64,000 nt of DNA. Source: Psammoneis japonica (Eukaryota). Position 1 is the stretch's first letter. Each line of letters opens with the position of its first letter. The notes under the pieces were generated by a model. It was not told the DNA's origin, searched no databases, and saw nothing but the letters and a program-made list of their open reading frames with translations. Below are positions 25,152-38,124 of the stretch, one piece after another. The position numbers and the translations under genes are program-made. The DNA lies in contig QPGO01000118.1 in assembly GCA_008632985.1 (NCBI GenBank), positions 1 to 64,000 on the forward strand. Reading direction: 5' to 3'.

Positions 25152-26045
25152 TCATGAGGGCTTTCAGCAAGAAGGGTGCCAAACCCAGTGCAAGCCAGGT
25201 GAGGCACAAATGCAGAGCTCCCTGGTGGCTGTGAGAGCCAGCCACACAAGGAGCTGCTCTGCAGCCACACTCTGGGGGAGCTCACGCGCTGCACTCCTGG
25301 ACCAGCAGTCCCCCTTTCTCTTCTTGGCTTTTTGTCCAAAATCATCTAAAATCTGTTGTCACTGGAAAAAGCACACCACCCTCTCTGCAACCCCCAGATG
25401 TGCAGTTTCACAGGCAGCTCCAAGTGCTTGTCTGTGAAAACAAAGGAGGCTGAAAAGAGAGCACACTCCTTGCAAAAAACAAAAACAAGAAGTGCAAAAA
25501 CGACACACCGTGGGCAGATGCACACCACAAGGAGATCAAGAAAGCCTTCGTCCTGGCCTCAAAATGCTCACTTTCTCACTTTTGCTTGCCCACCCATGTC
25601 CTCTGCTCAAGAGGAAGCATGAGACAAAAGTCAAGATGCACCAGCATGATGCTCCTGTGCTGCAATTTGTGGTTTCTCATGAGGCATGAGGGCTTTGAGT
25701 GCAGGGGGTGTCAAACCCAGCATGAATGGTGCCAAACCCAGCACACAAGTGAGACGAGGCACAAAAGTGCAGTGCGTGCCAAGTTTGAGGGCAGACCAAG
25801 AGCACTGCACACAGAGCTTTGCCTCTTTTCTTTTGGCTCTTTTTTCAGAAACAACCCACGGTCTCCATTGTCATCACAAAAAGACCTACAAGCCACTGCA
25901 ACCCAGATGTGTGTGGTTTTGCGAGCATCTCCAAGCTGGTCTCTGAGGAGAAGACAGTGGCCAAACATGCACAAAGCCATCAAAAATGAGGAGGAGCTCA
26001 AGCAAGAAAGCCTTCAAAATTCTCATTTCTTTGCTCTTGCTTGGA
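25152..26045. repeat. Diverged tandem duplication with period of roughly 500 bp
   Basis: Shared blocks catgagggcttt..ggtg(c/t)caaacccag, ctgcaacc(c)cagatgtg and caagaaagccttc recur in the same order. Confidence 0.6.
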
Positions 26046-27150
26046 TTTGAAATTTGACTTGGGCCACTCTCAAGCATGCCCTGGTGGAGTTAAGAGCAAA
26101 CACTCCTTTCAGGAAGCAGTGCCCCTCTGACAAACAGCCAGAGCATGCTCCACCCTCTTACACTCAACCTCCTCCTCTTGACATCTTTGGCACCCAACAA
26201 TCTTGCACTGTCAATTGCTGCACTTGCACTTGTGTTTTCAAGTTTGCAGCATTCTTTTCTTGTTTGCATTGGCAAAAGATTGTGCACAGCTTGGTGCAAC
26301 TCCCACACACTGCTGCAACAACTTCTTGTCCACAGCTTGTTGCATGCTGCCCTCTGACACCCACTGCATCAGGTGCCAAACACTCAAATTTCCATTCTTT
26401 GTCATTGCTGCCATCATGGCACCTGCTGCCCTCTGCTCAAAAACTCAAGCAGACCCACAGACTGCTGCTGGCTGGCCCAGACTCAGACAATGCTTCAAAT
26501 CTTGTTGTTGTTTTCACTGCAGAAATCAACTTTGGACACCTCACAGGACCAGTCTGCTGGCATTTTCCTCATCCAACTCTTGCTGCCACAAGTGTGGCAT
26601 GTGCTGCTTTGGCACCTCCACTGCCAGCCACACCCAGCCACTGCTGCAGAGGATGCTGTTGAGTTGCCAAGGCCAGTGTGTTGTCACCACGTGTGTCTCC
26701 TCATCATTGGCTTGAACCAGATCTTGTCTGCCTGGATCAATTTGACACTGCAGTGAGCTGCAGCAATGCCCTCACCAAAGCAGAGCTTGGTGAAAATGTT
26801 GCTCAACTGTGCACACTGCCTTTTGCAAGCTCTGGCTGTCCTCTCTGGTTGTGCTCCTCGACCTCGCATCTCGGACTCCTCTGTGTGCTGTGAGCGGTGT
26901 CCTCTCAGATGTGGCAGCGATGATGATGCTCCACGGCCCTCAGTTCACCAGAGGATCTAGACCCTCCTGGTGTGGGGCAGGGGGTCTTGGTGATGACTTC
27001 ATTCCTGGCAGATGCAGGGATCATTCATCGCTGTCCAACAAGGGAGAGACAGGACCACTCCCCGCTGTGTTGGTGCCAGATTGGGCCAAATTGAAAATGC
27101 TGACCGCACGCTCTTCAAAAACAGATTGCAGCAAAAAATCGATCAAACCC

Positions 27151-28256
27151 ATGGCCGATCCCATCATCATTGCCGCTGTCAAGGGTGGAGGTGCAACCTT
27201 TTGTGTTGCAGTGGCAAAGGTTGCAGAGCAGACACATGAGATTTTGCATCGGCACAAAGTTGACTCGAGTCAGGACGACCCTCAAACAACCTTGGAGGAA
27301 TGCGCTCGTTTCTTGATGCAGCACAAACCCAATGCAGGGTGTGACGCATTGGGCGTTGCATGCTTTGGTCCGGTGGGTCTGAATCCATCCAACAGCAAAA
27401 CACATGGATGTGTTTTAGGAACATCTCCGAAAGAATCATGGCGTCATGTCAATCTGCTTCAACCCCTCATCAATGCATGTCACGGCGAAAATGACCCACT
27501 TGCAGCACGAATCGAAACTGACATGAATGCACCCACCTTGGCAGAACACAAGGAGCATTGCAAAACACACTCTTCTGACAGCATTGCATCCTTGGCCTGT
27601 GTGACGGTTGGAACAGGTGTTGGAGTGGGTCTTGTGATTCATGGTCAATGTGCACACGGACGAATGCATCCAGAGGGTGGTCAGGTTGCGGTTCAGCCAC
27701 TGGATGGAGATTTGTTTCAAGGACACTCATGGGGAACCTCCAAGAGTCCCTGTGGTGGAAAACACACGGTCGAAGGGATTGCCAGTTCCGTGGCACTACG
27801 GAGCGGCATGAACAAGACAATGGGACAGCAGGCACGAACCGTTCTGTTCTTAAAGATCTTGCAGATGACCATGAAATTTGGAACCACGTTGCCAATGTGA
27901 TTGCCAATCTCTGTGTGACGCTGTTGTTGACAACATCGATCGAGCGCATTGTTCCAGGTGGTGGTGTTTTAAAGCGCCATGGACTCTTGACCAAGATGCA
28001 ACAACGCACGGTTCAAATTTTGAACGGATGCTTGGAACCACCTGAAGACATGTCAGAATTGATCTCATCCAGTGAATGCGGCAACAATGCTGGTCTCGTT
28101 GGAGCGGTGGTGCTAGCTCAAGGGGCGCATTTCGAGGACAAGGCGGAGAAATCTAAAGGAGGCGGCGACTTTGTAGCTGGTTTTGTGCATGGATTGGCTG
28201 CAGGTGCTGCTCTCGCAACTGTCGCACTGCTGCTCCGGGCAAAGCGATCACAATAG
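27151..28256 (+). pseudogene. ROK-family fructokinase, TA-eroded, frameshift near 27798
   Basis: KGGGATF, CDALGVACFGP, ETDMNAP, SLACVTVGTGVGVG, HPEGG, VEGIASS, NAGLVGA; expected Tyr positions appear as C/H. Confidence 0.85.
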
Positions 28257-28573
28257 CGTGTAATGTAAAGCTTTCTGTTGTGATGGTGGTATTCTTCCTC
28301 TTTTACGACTCTCTACTAGTAGAGAGTAGAGGCCCTCTGTTGCCCTCTCTAGTGGTAGAGAGCTGCTGTACCTGGCATTACTCTATCGAGTAGAGGCGGA
28401 AGATCATCCCATGAGCATATACATTGGATATTCATACTTGAGGTATTTTTATGATACGTATCTTTCTGAAATCTTCCGATGTCTGATATCGACTATTTCC
28501 GACCCCACCTACTAGACTACGGTACCCCACGCAACGCATCGCACACAGTTGTGAGAATAACGATGACAATGCT

Positions 28574-30208
28574 ATGATGCAGTACATCGACGCGAACGCG
28601 GCAGGGAGTCAGACGACAATGCCACGCCGAAAAGGAAGCATGAGATTTGTCGCGGTGTTACTGTTGCTATCAGGCTTCATTCAGAAAACGCATACGTGGT
28701 GCTCACTGAATCCGAGATGTTGTCGCCAACATCATTCATCAAGAGGTTCGTGGCTGCCGTTGGAGTTGGGAGGCATGAATTATCAACTAGAAAAAGATTC
28801 TATTGATTCCACTCATCCTTTGGAAGACCTTGCACGCGATATGGCGGTAAACGCACTCAAAGGGGTATTCAGTGGGAAAAGCAACAGTACTGTAAGCGCA
28901 GAAAAGGCTCTGAAAATAGCACTAAAATCCATAGCAGCTGAAAGTTTCACCTGGCAGGACCGTCATTGGATACGAGCACGGTTGTCGAAACTGATACTGG
29001 GTACATCGATTATGAGACTGCATCATGAGTACCTTTGGAATGCAACAGTTGAGTCCGAAAGAAGGTCCGATAGGGGCAAGATCCGATTCATGGTCGACAC
29101 CCAAGCGCTCTACATTGAAAACAACAATGCATTCCCTGAAATCCAAAGGCTAAACGAAACAACGAAACGTTTATCTATACAGTACAGCCTACCGCTCTTT
29201 TTTGTGGAGAGTCTTGTAGATCAATATGGCGAGAAAGATACCGAGCAGCTATGTCGAATATTCAACCGTCCCGGTCCAATCACGCTGAGATGCAACTCTT
29301 TGAAATGTCCGTCTGCGGATGCTCTCGTGGAACGACTTGAACAAGAGGAAGAAATTATGGCTGCGCCTCTACAGAGTGTTTATCTAGCAACGGTGAACGA
29401 CGACGATTCGTCCTGGACGCCTCCCGCACCATGTAGGCCTATCCGATTACCGGGCCGTCCATGCAAACGGTCCGTTTGGTCGATGCCGAGTTGGAAAGAT
29501 GGATGGTTTGAAGTACAGGATTTGGGTTCTCAGCTCATAGTGCAAGCCACCGAGGCAAAGGCTGGTGAAACCGTGGTTGATTACTGTGCCGGAAATGGCG
29601 GCAAGACACTGGCTCTGGCTTCGCTCATGCACTCGACCAACACAAGTAATGAAGAGTTAAGCGTCATTTGGGCGCACGATGTAGTACCCGAACGGCTGGC
29701 ACAAATACGTGGAAGCCTACAACGAACTGGATTATCAAATCATCCCAATATCCATATCCATGCAACCACCACCATGAATGAAACAGACGGCGTGGCAGAT
29801 GTGGTGCTGGTGGACGCTCCGTGCTCTTCCTCGGGTGTCTTGAGGAGACGACCAAGTCACAGGTGGACCATCACGGACCAAGATGTAAGCGTCACATTTC
29901 CAGAGCTTCAACTCCAAATTTTACAGCTAGCATCCAAGCTTGTAAAGCCAAATGGTGGGCGACTGGTTTATGCGACATGTTCCATATGCAAAAGCGAGAA
30001 TCAAAACGTCGTGGAGGCATGGGAGAATCTTAACAAAAATGGTTTGTGGGATCGATGGGACTTCAATAAAAGGGAATGGCCAACTCAGGAACTTGGGCAT
30101 CATTGCCGAGCACTCTGGCCTCATGTTCATGATACCGACGGATTCTTATTGCTCGGTGGAGACGAAACTGAGCACCACTCTATCTCGATTTTTTTCCGCA
30201 CAAATTGA
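28574..30208 (+). CDS. RsmB/NOL1/NSUN-family RNA m5C methyltransferase
   Basis: FEVQDLGSQ, VVDYCAGNGGKT, VLVDAPCSSSG, LVYATCS, HDTDGF. The true end is probably DGFFIARWRRN* at 30171 if one T is missing near 30146. Confidence 0.9.
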   Translation: MMQYIDANAAGSQTTMPRRKGSMRFVAVLLLLSGFIQKTHTWCSLNPRCCRQHHSSRGSWLPLELGGMNYQLEKDSIDSTHPLEDLARDMAVNALKGVFSGKSNSTVSAEKALKIALKSIAAESFTWQDRHWIRARLSKLILGTSIMRLHHEYLWNATVESERRSDRGKIRFMVDTQALYIENNNAFPEIQRLNETTKRLSIQYSLPLFFVESLVDQYGEKDTEQLCRIFNRPGPITLRCNSLKCPSADALVERLEQEEEIMAAPLQSVYLATVNDDDSSWTPPAPCRPIRLPGRPCKRSVWSMPSWKDGWFEVQDLGSQLIVQATEAKAGETVVDYCAGNGGKTLALASLMHSTNTSNEELSVIWAHDVVPERLAQIRGSLQRTGLSNHPNIHIHATTTMNETDGVADVVLVDAPCSSSGVLRRRPSHRWTITDQDVSVTFPELQLQILQLASKLVKPNGGRLVYATCSICKSENQNVVEAWENLNKNGLWDRWDFNKREWPTQELGHHCRALWPHVHDTDGFLLLGGDETEHHSISIFFRTN

Positions 30209-30574
30209 ATATGTCGAGACAACCACTGAGCCTGTCAATAGCGATGCCATGCATCATCAAATTCACTTTATGCTGAGCCTACCTACTTGTATCGACGCAT
30301 TGCTGACATTCGACAAGCTTTCTTCGTTTAGCACCCGCGACGGAAGCACCACGCTCCGTTGTTTGATCTGCGATCCGTTTGATGTCTCTCTACTCCGGGC
30401 TTGCTAGTGAGACGAGAACGAAGGGCGGAATTTAAAGAATTTTGGCAAGCGTTGCGAACATTGCACACAAGGATTTATAAGTCTGTCAGGATGTACAAGC
30501 TGCGTAGAACGCGTGTTGCCATGCGTGGTCAACAGCCTCCGAGTAATCTTGACGGTGCGAACTCCGCCGTTAAG

Positions 30575-30967
30575 GGGGGTCATCCCCGCGTTTATCCTAA
30601 AATTACCGTTGCATTTGAATAAGGTTTTTTATAGTGTTTATTTTTGAATACAAGAATTATTCATAGTCACACCCGATCGCGCACGAAAACGAGAACCATC
30701 ACCACCGCGACCGAAGCACGACGATGATGACAATCATCGACATTTCTCAAAAACGTAGTTTGCCGTCTACCAACTTTTCATGTATATACAATCTTTGATA
30801 CATAACAAACATAAAATAAATGAGAGTTGGTAGACGGACCACCTCCGTCACAGACTTATGGCTTGTTGTTTTCACCACGGTGAAGCACGGTGAAATTCAG
30901 GAAAAATCATGCAAAACACGAGCTATTCGGCCGAATTCGAGCTAAAAAAAGTAGCAACCGACCACCC
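30575..30967. mobile_element. Possible Kolobok-like MITE flanked by TTAA
   Basis: ttaa-ggggggtc at left and gaccaccc-ttaa at right (short TIR, 1 mismatch); internal inverted repeat ccgtctaccaact..agttggtagacgg at about 30764-30837. Confidence 0.4.
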
Positions 30968-32639
30968 TTAAAGTGTGTAAGTTTATTTCCATTTTACACA
31001 TGTGTTCGTAAAGCAAGAGACCGGACACCGACGACTCCTCATTTTTTCAAGGGATCGCGCATCGCGCATCATTCATCAAAGCACCACACACCATGATGAT
31101 CGGAGCGCCGCTTGTTAGACTGTTGACGATCCTTTCAACAGCACCAACGCTGTCTGCCAGTCTTTGCCTTCACACACAAACAGCTCATGTTGCTTTTTCG
31201 AAGGCAAGCAGCCAATTGTAAGGTGAAAAAAGGATTTTGCATTGACGCCACGGTTCGAGGCTCATTGTCGCTCTCTGTCGCAATCGAGTTGCACCGCGCT
31301 TTTGTTTCGGCATCTCGCTCATTTTCTTTGACATGCTCGTCTTCACAACCATTGCAGAGAAGCTGTTGAGCAACGCATCACCCCCATGGATGAACAATGT
31401 CTCACAGTTTCGTGTCGGTGTCGACACCATTTCTTTTCAACTCATGTTCTTCCTCACATCGGAGCGGGGCTGTGGTGTGTCCTGCACTCTCTTTTGGACT
31501 GAACCAAGCAAGCTGCAGTTGACACTTTCACAAATGATGACAACTGCAATGTGCAATGGGTTGGACATTGACGTCCATGACCTTGCCGAGTGCCGGTCAG
31601 CAGCACTCCCTCGTTCGGGGACTGAAAACTGGGGCAAATCTTGGTGACGTGGAAAGCATGCGATTGGAATGTGAGCAAGGAGGCTGGAATGTTGTGCAGA
31701 CAACTCTTGAGGCTGTGTGCCAAAGAATGGCATGTTTGCATTTAAAGCAGTGTTGATGCATCATGCATTTGCAGTGCCGGCATGACAAACAAACCAACAA
31801 CGTCATTCTCCGTCTCTGTCTTTCCCATCTGGGTGGTGTCTCATTTTTGATTCTTGGCCAGTGATGAGGGGCAATGCATGAAATTTTGGTGCTTCTCTTG
31901 GGCTTCAAGTGATGGACAATGCTTTGGATGAGACGCTTGCATCATGTGTTTTGCGTCACGCGTGTCCTTGCCAGCGGGCGACCCCAAAGTGGATCATTGG
32001 CATGAATCAGCACTTGTCGAAACACATGACAATTTGGCAAACTGCAGCAGCACACATCATCACTCATCGTTGCAACAATCAATCAGTCATTGGGTTGATT
32101 GGCAATCAGCGGCAGATTTTAGAGCTGTGACATTTGAAACTCCATTTCATCTCTGTCTTCATCCACGTGCGCCACCATCACATTTCGTGCCATCGGTTGT
32201 CCCCCCTCCATCACGTTTCGTGTGCCGTCTGTTTTCTCCCCTCCATCACGTTTCGTCTTTGACGCATCTGTGACATTTGTGCATGGATGTTTGTGAATGA
32301 CAAGTTCGTCCCGTCAGAAGCCCTGCGCAGACTGCCGCAAAACGCAGCACAAATTTTGACAGTGTTCGTGCCACGCATGGCAACAGGCTCATGCGCAGAT
32401 TTGCACCGGAGCTTGCACATCCTGACAGACTCATAAATCCTTGATTGCACATGGGTTTCCCACTTTGTTTTACTTGCGATTCATGCGTGATGGCTGGCAT
32501 CCATTGGAGCTCTCCCGAAGTTGGGGCGATCCACGAAACTTTGAAGACTTTGAAAGATTCCACATTCCATGACATTTCTGTAAATTGTTCTGTGTGCAGA
32601 GCTCGTAGGTTGTTGGCACTTTTTAAACAAGGGGCAACA

Positions 32640-34150
32640 GACAAAAGTTCGAACAAACATGTTGTGTGTTTGAAGCTTTTGAACATTGTTCGAAGTGTTC
32701 GAATTTTTGTTGCAAACACACTGCCCTCCAAAGATTTTGATTTGAGTCACTTGTCATTCGAACTTTTCATGTTGCCCTGTTGGTCACTTCGAACTCATTC
32801 GAACAAAGTTTGAACTTGTTCAAACAAGTTCGAAGTGTTCAAACAGTTGAACACAAGCTTTTTTGCACCGACCCCAGTGGCATTCTACATTGCATGCCAG
32901 AATTTTTAATTGTTTGTTCAGTCATTTGCACATCCCCAGCGCGAGCCTAGTTGCACTTTTGTGCAACGGTGGACTGTTTTGGGTCACAGTCATCATTTCG
33001 GTCATTTCCACGACAGTTGCGGAAAAGTGCAACTAGAGCCAGCAATTTCTTAGGTGCCGCACGAGCCTGCACGCTCCAAAATCGTGTTGAAGGCTGCAGA
33101 ATTTTAGTCATGCGCATCAAATGTAGCCCACATGTAGATTGCACGCATTTGTCAGTGCAAACTGGTTGAGTTTTTCTTCAACTATGACCATTTTCAGTGA
33201 TTTTTTTTGCAATTTTTGGTTGGTCTTTGGTGAGCTGTGATGAAGACAGCTTTGATTGTTTGACAAGTTGTGACCCACAGGCCCATTGATTTAAAGACAA
33301 TTGATCGTAGATGGGTGATGGAAGTGTCAAATGACCGGGACTGTTGACATCTGCAAGAAGGTGAAATCCTTGTTGCATTTTTCTTCAACTAGAAAGCGCG
33401 TGCTGGGGACATCATTACGAATTGACAACCACCGATTTTTGGCACGCGACACCACCACGATGACACGTTCCGTCGAACGAGTTCGGGCCCACCCGGAACA
33501 GTCACCAAGCCATTTGGGTGCAGCTGCATCAATGAGGTGCTTGCAGATCATGTGTGTCTCATTGGATTGGCAATTCTTTGTGGTTGACAAACAAATGACG
33601 GCAAAGGATTCACGTGTTGTTTTGTCGTGCCTTGGCACAGAAAACTGGCGCAGGCCTGCTCTGAGCCACAAGCACGTGCAATGAGCTTGCAGCACATCTC
33701 ACACTGCCTGCACTTGTCACTTCGATTGTGCGCACCGCATCTCATCATCTCATTGATGCACCGGCACCGGCAGAAGAGAGCACAAAACAACAACGTGAGA
33801 CAGATGTCATGCCGCATCATGCGTGCACTGCTGTGCCAGCAGTGCATCATTCGGCTCGGCTGCGGATGTCATCGTGACATCATCACTCATCTCCTGCCTT
33901 GCTTTCATTTGTGAGTTGCAAACTTCGAAAGTGTTCGAAGTGCTTCAAAGTGTTCGAACACTTCGAACAACTTCGAACACTGACACTTCGAACAACTTCG
34001 AACACTTCGAACTTTCTTTGGGGCAGTGTAAAGGGCAACAGAGAAAGAAATTTTACAATGTTCGAAGCTTTTGTCCATCCTGCACGAGGTCCACGTAGAG
34101 ATGTGTTGACAGGAATTGGGAATCTCTTGAATGTTTTTCGAAACTTCGAA
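32640..34150. repeat. Two clusters of TTCGAA-based short repeats (about 32640-32845 and 33920-34150)
   Basis: Repeated ttcgaacac/gtgttcgaa in both orientations. Confidence 0.75.
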
Positions 34151-36099
34151 GTTTCCTGGATCGCCCGGGGCTCGTTCATTAGACTGGGATGAAGTGGGTG
34201 ACAGAGAGGGTTGGGAGCACTGGTGGCGGCGGCTGTTCCGAGAGAGAGGCAGGGGTTTCCATCTGTTCAGGGCTCGCATCAGCTTCCGGAGCAGTGACAT
34301 TCACTGCAATGGTGGCTTCCGCCTCGATTGCATCCTCTGCCGTGGGCGCATCGTGAGGCACCGAAGTGTCCTCTGCCGCTGCGTCACCAGCAGAAGCAGG
34401 GTCAGTCTCCGCTGGGGGAGGAGAGACGGGGGAGTCGTCGGCTGACATGGTGACACAGCGGCCTGGAGTGAGGACAGAGTGTCCTGCCAAGAGGATGCGG
34501 TTTTCGAATGGGTGCTGTTGGCAGGGGCCATGGTGAGCGACAATGAAAATAAAAATCACTGTTGATCTCCATGCAGGGGCAGCATGCATCGGATCTCTGT
34601 GGCACGCACCCAGGGAGATCACAATGTGCGTAGAAGGCACACTGATGCCCATGCCAGCAGCCGCAAAAACAAACAGCAATGGCGTGAATCAGCACCCGAG
34701 ACGCAGACGTCATTGTCTTCGATAGAGCGGCAAAGTTTACGATGCAAACGCTCTCTGCCGGTGTCGTCGACAACGAAACGAGAGGAAAATGTGTTGTCGG
34801 CAGTGGCAGAGGAGCCTTGCTTGCATGTCTGTGTGAGCGTTGCTCACAACCTGACAGAGATCCCTGTGTCTAAGCAGGAATGACATGATCCACCAAGAGT
34901 GGGGCATTCAATGAGAATCGGCGAACGTTGATTCACTCATGGTGTCACATGCAAGGCGTGTCAACCACAGGCACACAGGAAGGTGAGATTCATGCGCGAT
35001 TGCATCAGTTTGGGCACTTTTAAAGTCGGGCTTGCTCTCGTGACAAGTGGGAATGAAACAGCGCATTCAAGTTTTTGGCCAAGGAACAGGAACCTGAAAG
35101 TCTTGACCTGAGCCATGTTTTCCCTCTCGGGTGGTGAATCTTGCTGTCCTTGTGTCGCACAGCAGTGAACAACTTAAAGGCCGGGTGGGACCAACATTGA
35201 GGAAACCAACGTCAATGTGCAGGGAGCGGGTGGGACGCTCAATGATTTGTGTGATCTGGCAGTGACACGGTCATCAACTACGACCAAGAAAGAAGGTGGA
35301 AACCACCACAATGCGAAAGACAACAGTCACGTCGCAGACACGAACCGAGGTTGATTTAACCTCAACATGGTGACTTGCGAGCTTCCGGACTGTGCGACGC
35401 GCTTCAATCATTTTGTGCTGAAACAAAGAAGACACAAGACAACCTGCCCTCATGGTGTGTCACTCAAAAGAGCACCAGGCCTGCTGATGCTGGCAACAAA
35501 GCGTCCAGTGCCCTCTGCCACTGCTGCAGGCAGAGGACGACCCACACGATCCGTCTCGATCGGTGCGCCCCGTCGCCGTGGATTTGGAGCCATCACTCGC
35601 ACCTCTCTCTGGGCATGCACGGATTCGGAGCCACCGCCTTGCGCCTCTCTCTGGACGCGGAACGACACTCACAGAGCCGCCTTTCTCCTCCCTCTTTCTT
35701 GTTTTTTCTGTTTGTTTTCAGGGATGGCTTCGATGATGGATGGATGATGAATCACAATGACCAATGCATCAGATGATGTTGTCTGAGACATGCAACAGAC
35801 TTGTTCTTCCATGTCATTTGGTTCGCCAACAGTTTCTTCCGTCTTCTTTTCTTGAACGGCTCCAAGCAGGGTCGCCACACACTGGACAGAACAAGAATGT
35901 GAAGCTCCATTTCCAGAGCCAGAATCAGGTGCGTCCTTTCCTGATTCACAGCAAACACGACAAAGTGTGTGGAACGATTGATTGAATGCATGCATGGCAG
36001 TGCCGCAGGGCTGCGAGAGGACTGGGCCTGGGTGCACTTCATGTCGACAAATGGAACAAGATGCACTTAGAGAAGTTGACGCCTGGTGGAGTGGTTCCT

Positions 36100-37646
36100 T
36101 CAAACTCCGATCACCCACTGCTCATGAGAGGATCCACAGTCTGCTGGTTTCTTCTCGACAGCGCCGGTGAAAGCTTGTTTCTGATGCACATTTAAGATGT
36201 CAGTTGGAACAACAAAAATGGCAGGGCATTTTGCAGGTTTGCCACTTCCTTTCAACAATCCGTCAAGGCATTGCTTGGCATTGGCAGCACCGCTGTTCAT
36301 TGGGTTGTGCGTCTGCGCAATGGTCATTTGGAACGGAATGACTCGACCGTCCGCGCCAAAGTAAAAGCAGTCAAAAGTCGGGAAGTTCGTCGCAGTGGGC
36401 CACAACAGCCGCGGATGGCAGAGATTTGGTCTAGTCTCATCAGGCACTTGCATTGAATTGCAAGGAACTTTCACTGCTGAGAGTTTGTTTCCCTCGACAA
36501 CAATTGGGTCGGTTGTCAAGACAGGAATGTCGACTGCATCCGACTTTGAGCCATCTTCTAAACTTCTCATTTCAAACTTTCCACCGGCGTGCAGAGTTCT
36601 AATTGCACAAGCATCGAAAAGAGTGCCAGCGTGTCCTTCAGCACCAGACAAAGGCGCCACATTCCGCCGAGCATTCTTGAGGTCTTCCATTGTCTCGGCC
36701 GTCAGCTTCTTGGCCACCAGCTGTTCTGTGCACCAGGACACCAACTCAAAGCCAGGTGGGTCAGTGCAACTCTTGCCCTTCTTCCAATGTGTTAATGAGT
36801 GTGCCGCAACAATCTGTTCTCCACGGTTCGATGCTTGCATTGACGCCATTTTGGCAATTCCTGCGGCGCTGACTTCGAGAACTGAATGTCGCACCTTTTC
36901 TTTGGCAGCGCCATGCCTGAAGAAGTGTCGAGCGATTCCTTTCATGCAAGAAAAAATTTCTTTTACAATGTCGGCATCCTTTAGATTCTTGACAAATGGA
37001 CTTGGTGACGCTGAGATCAGGATGGCTCCCTTGAATGCCTCGACGTCCACAAATGTCATGGAGCACCCATCCATTGGGATTGGGTCCAGTTGGCCTTGTT
37101 CGGCTCTCAATTTGTTCTTTACAGCGCCGCATGTGCCCTTGAATTGTTGCACGCCTCCATGCCAGACAACACATTCAATCTCATCTTGGCTTGGAACGCC
37201 GAAATGTCTCTTTGTGCTCTTGGGCACACAACACAAAGCAATGTTCTTAAAACATGTCTCATCCGAACAACCAAATGAGCAAGAAACGTGGATTTGCCAA
37301 CCCCGGAAGACCCGCCGACAACAAACAGCGTGGCAGCTTTGCGCGCTGATCGAAATTTCTTTCGAAGCCTGCGGATCTCTTGTGTCATGTCTTCATGGCA
37401 AGGTCTTGCGCGTGCCTCATGGTCATTCCCGAATGGCATGTCAATGTTGGTTGTGTTGAAATCGCTGTCTCCTGATTCCACGGCATTGGCGATGAATGAA
37501 AGGGGGGCCACGCAACTCTCGTGAAGTTTTGACATTCTTGCTTTTTTGTGTGCTGCTTCTTCTGCGGTTTCTTTCTCTTCCTCCATTGCATCGTCATCAT
37601 CCAAATCTGCATCAATCTTCTCAAGAATGCATTGCTCATCTCTCAT
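36100..37646 (-). pseudogene. Crinkler/RHS-like P-loop NTPase plus PD-(D/E)xK nuclease, TA-eroded and frameshifted
   Basis: VVGGSSGVGKS Walker A; GTLFDAC; WPTATNFPTFDCF..FQMTIAQTH; frameshift around 37230-37260. Confidence 0.75.
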
Positions 37647-38124
37647 CTTGAATCATCTTGCTGCTGGTTTCATGCGAGCGGGTTGACGAGTCACGAGCGA
37701 GTCACGGGTGCAACCTCACTTCCAAGTTCCCACCCCAGCTGAACGGAGAACGGAGAGACCATCACCACATCATCTGCACATGTGTCTCTGAAGTTCACAA
37801 TTTCTGTGCGATGACCCTGATTTTGTTTGGTTTGCCAGACCCAACAGTTCATGTCCCCAATGCGACTCACACTGACACTGGAGCCCCAAGACATGTGCTC
37901 AGAACAGGATTTGCAGTCAGGCAGAACTTGATGATCCAATCATGAGCTCCACAGAAGCACAAGTCAACCCTGATGTGATGTGTGTGCACAAGTCAAGGCT
38001 GTGAAGCAGCCAGATGCTGCTCAGTTCAAAGAAGCCATGGTCAAGGAAATGCAAGACCATGCTGCCCAAGAGCACTGGGAACTCTTTGAGAAATTGGACA
38101 TTTGGCCAGTTTGTTGAAGCAGCG

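Noticed and set aside
31050..35340. Possible further decayed coding sequence or transposase fragments (also about 600-1400 and 40150-41350)
   Set aside because: No motif could be recognised with confidence; back-correcting TG/CA to TA followed by profile searches would be needed.
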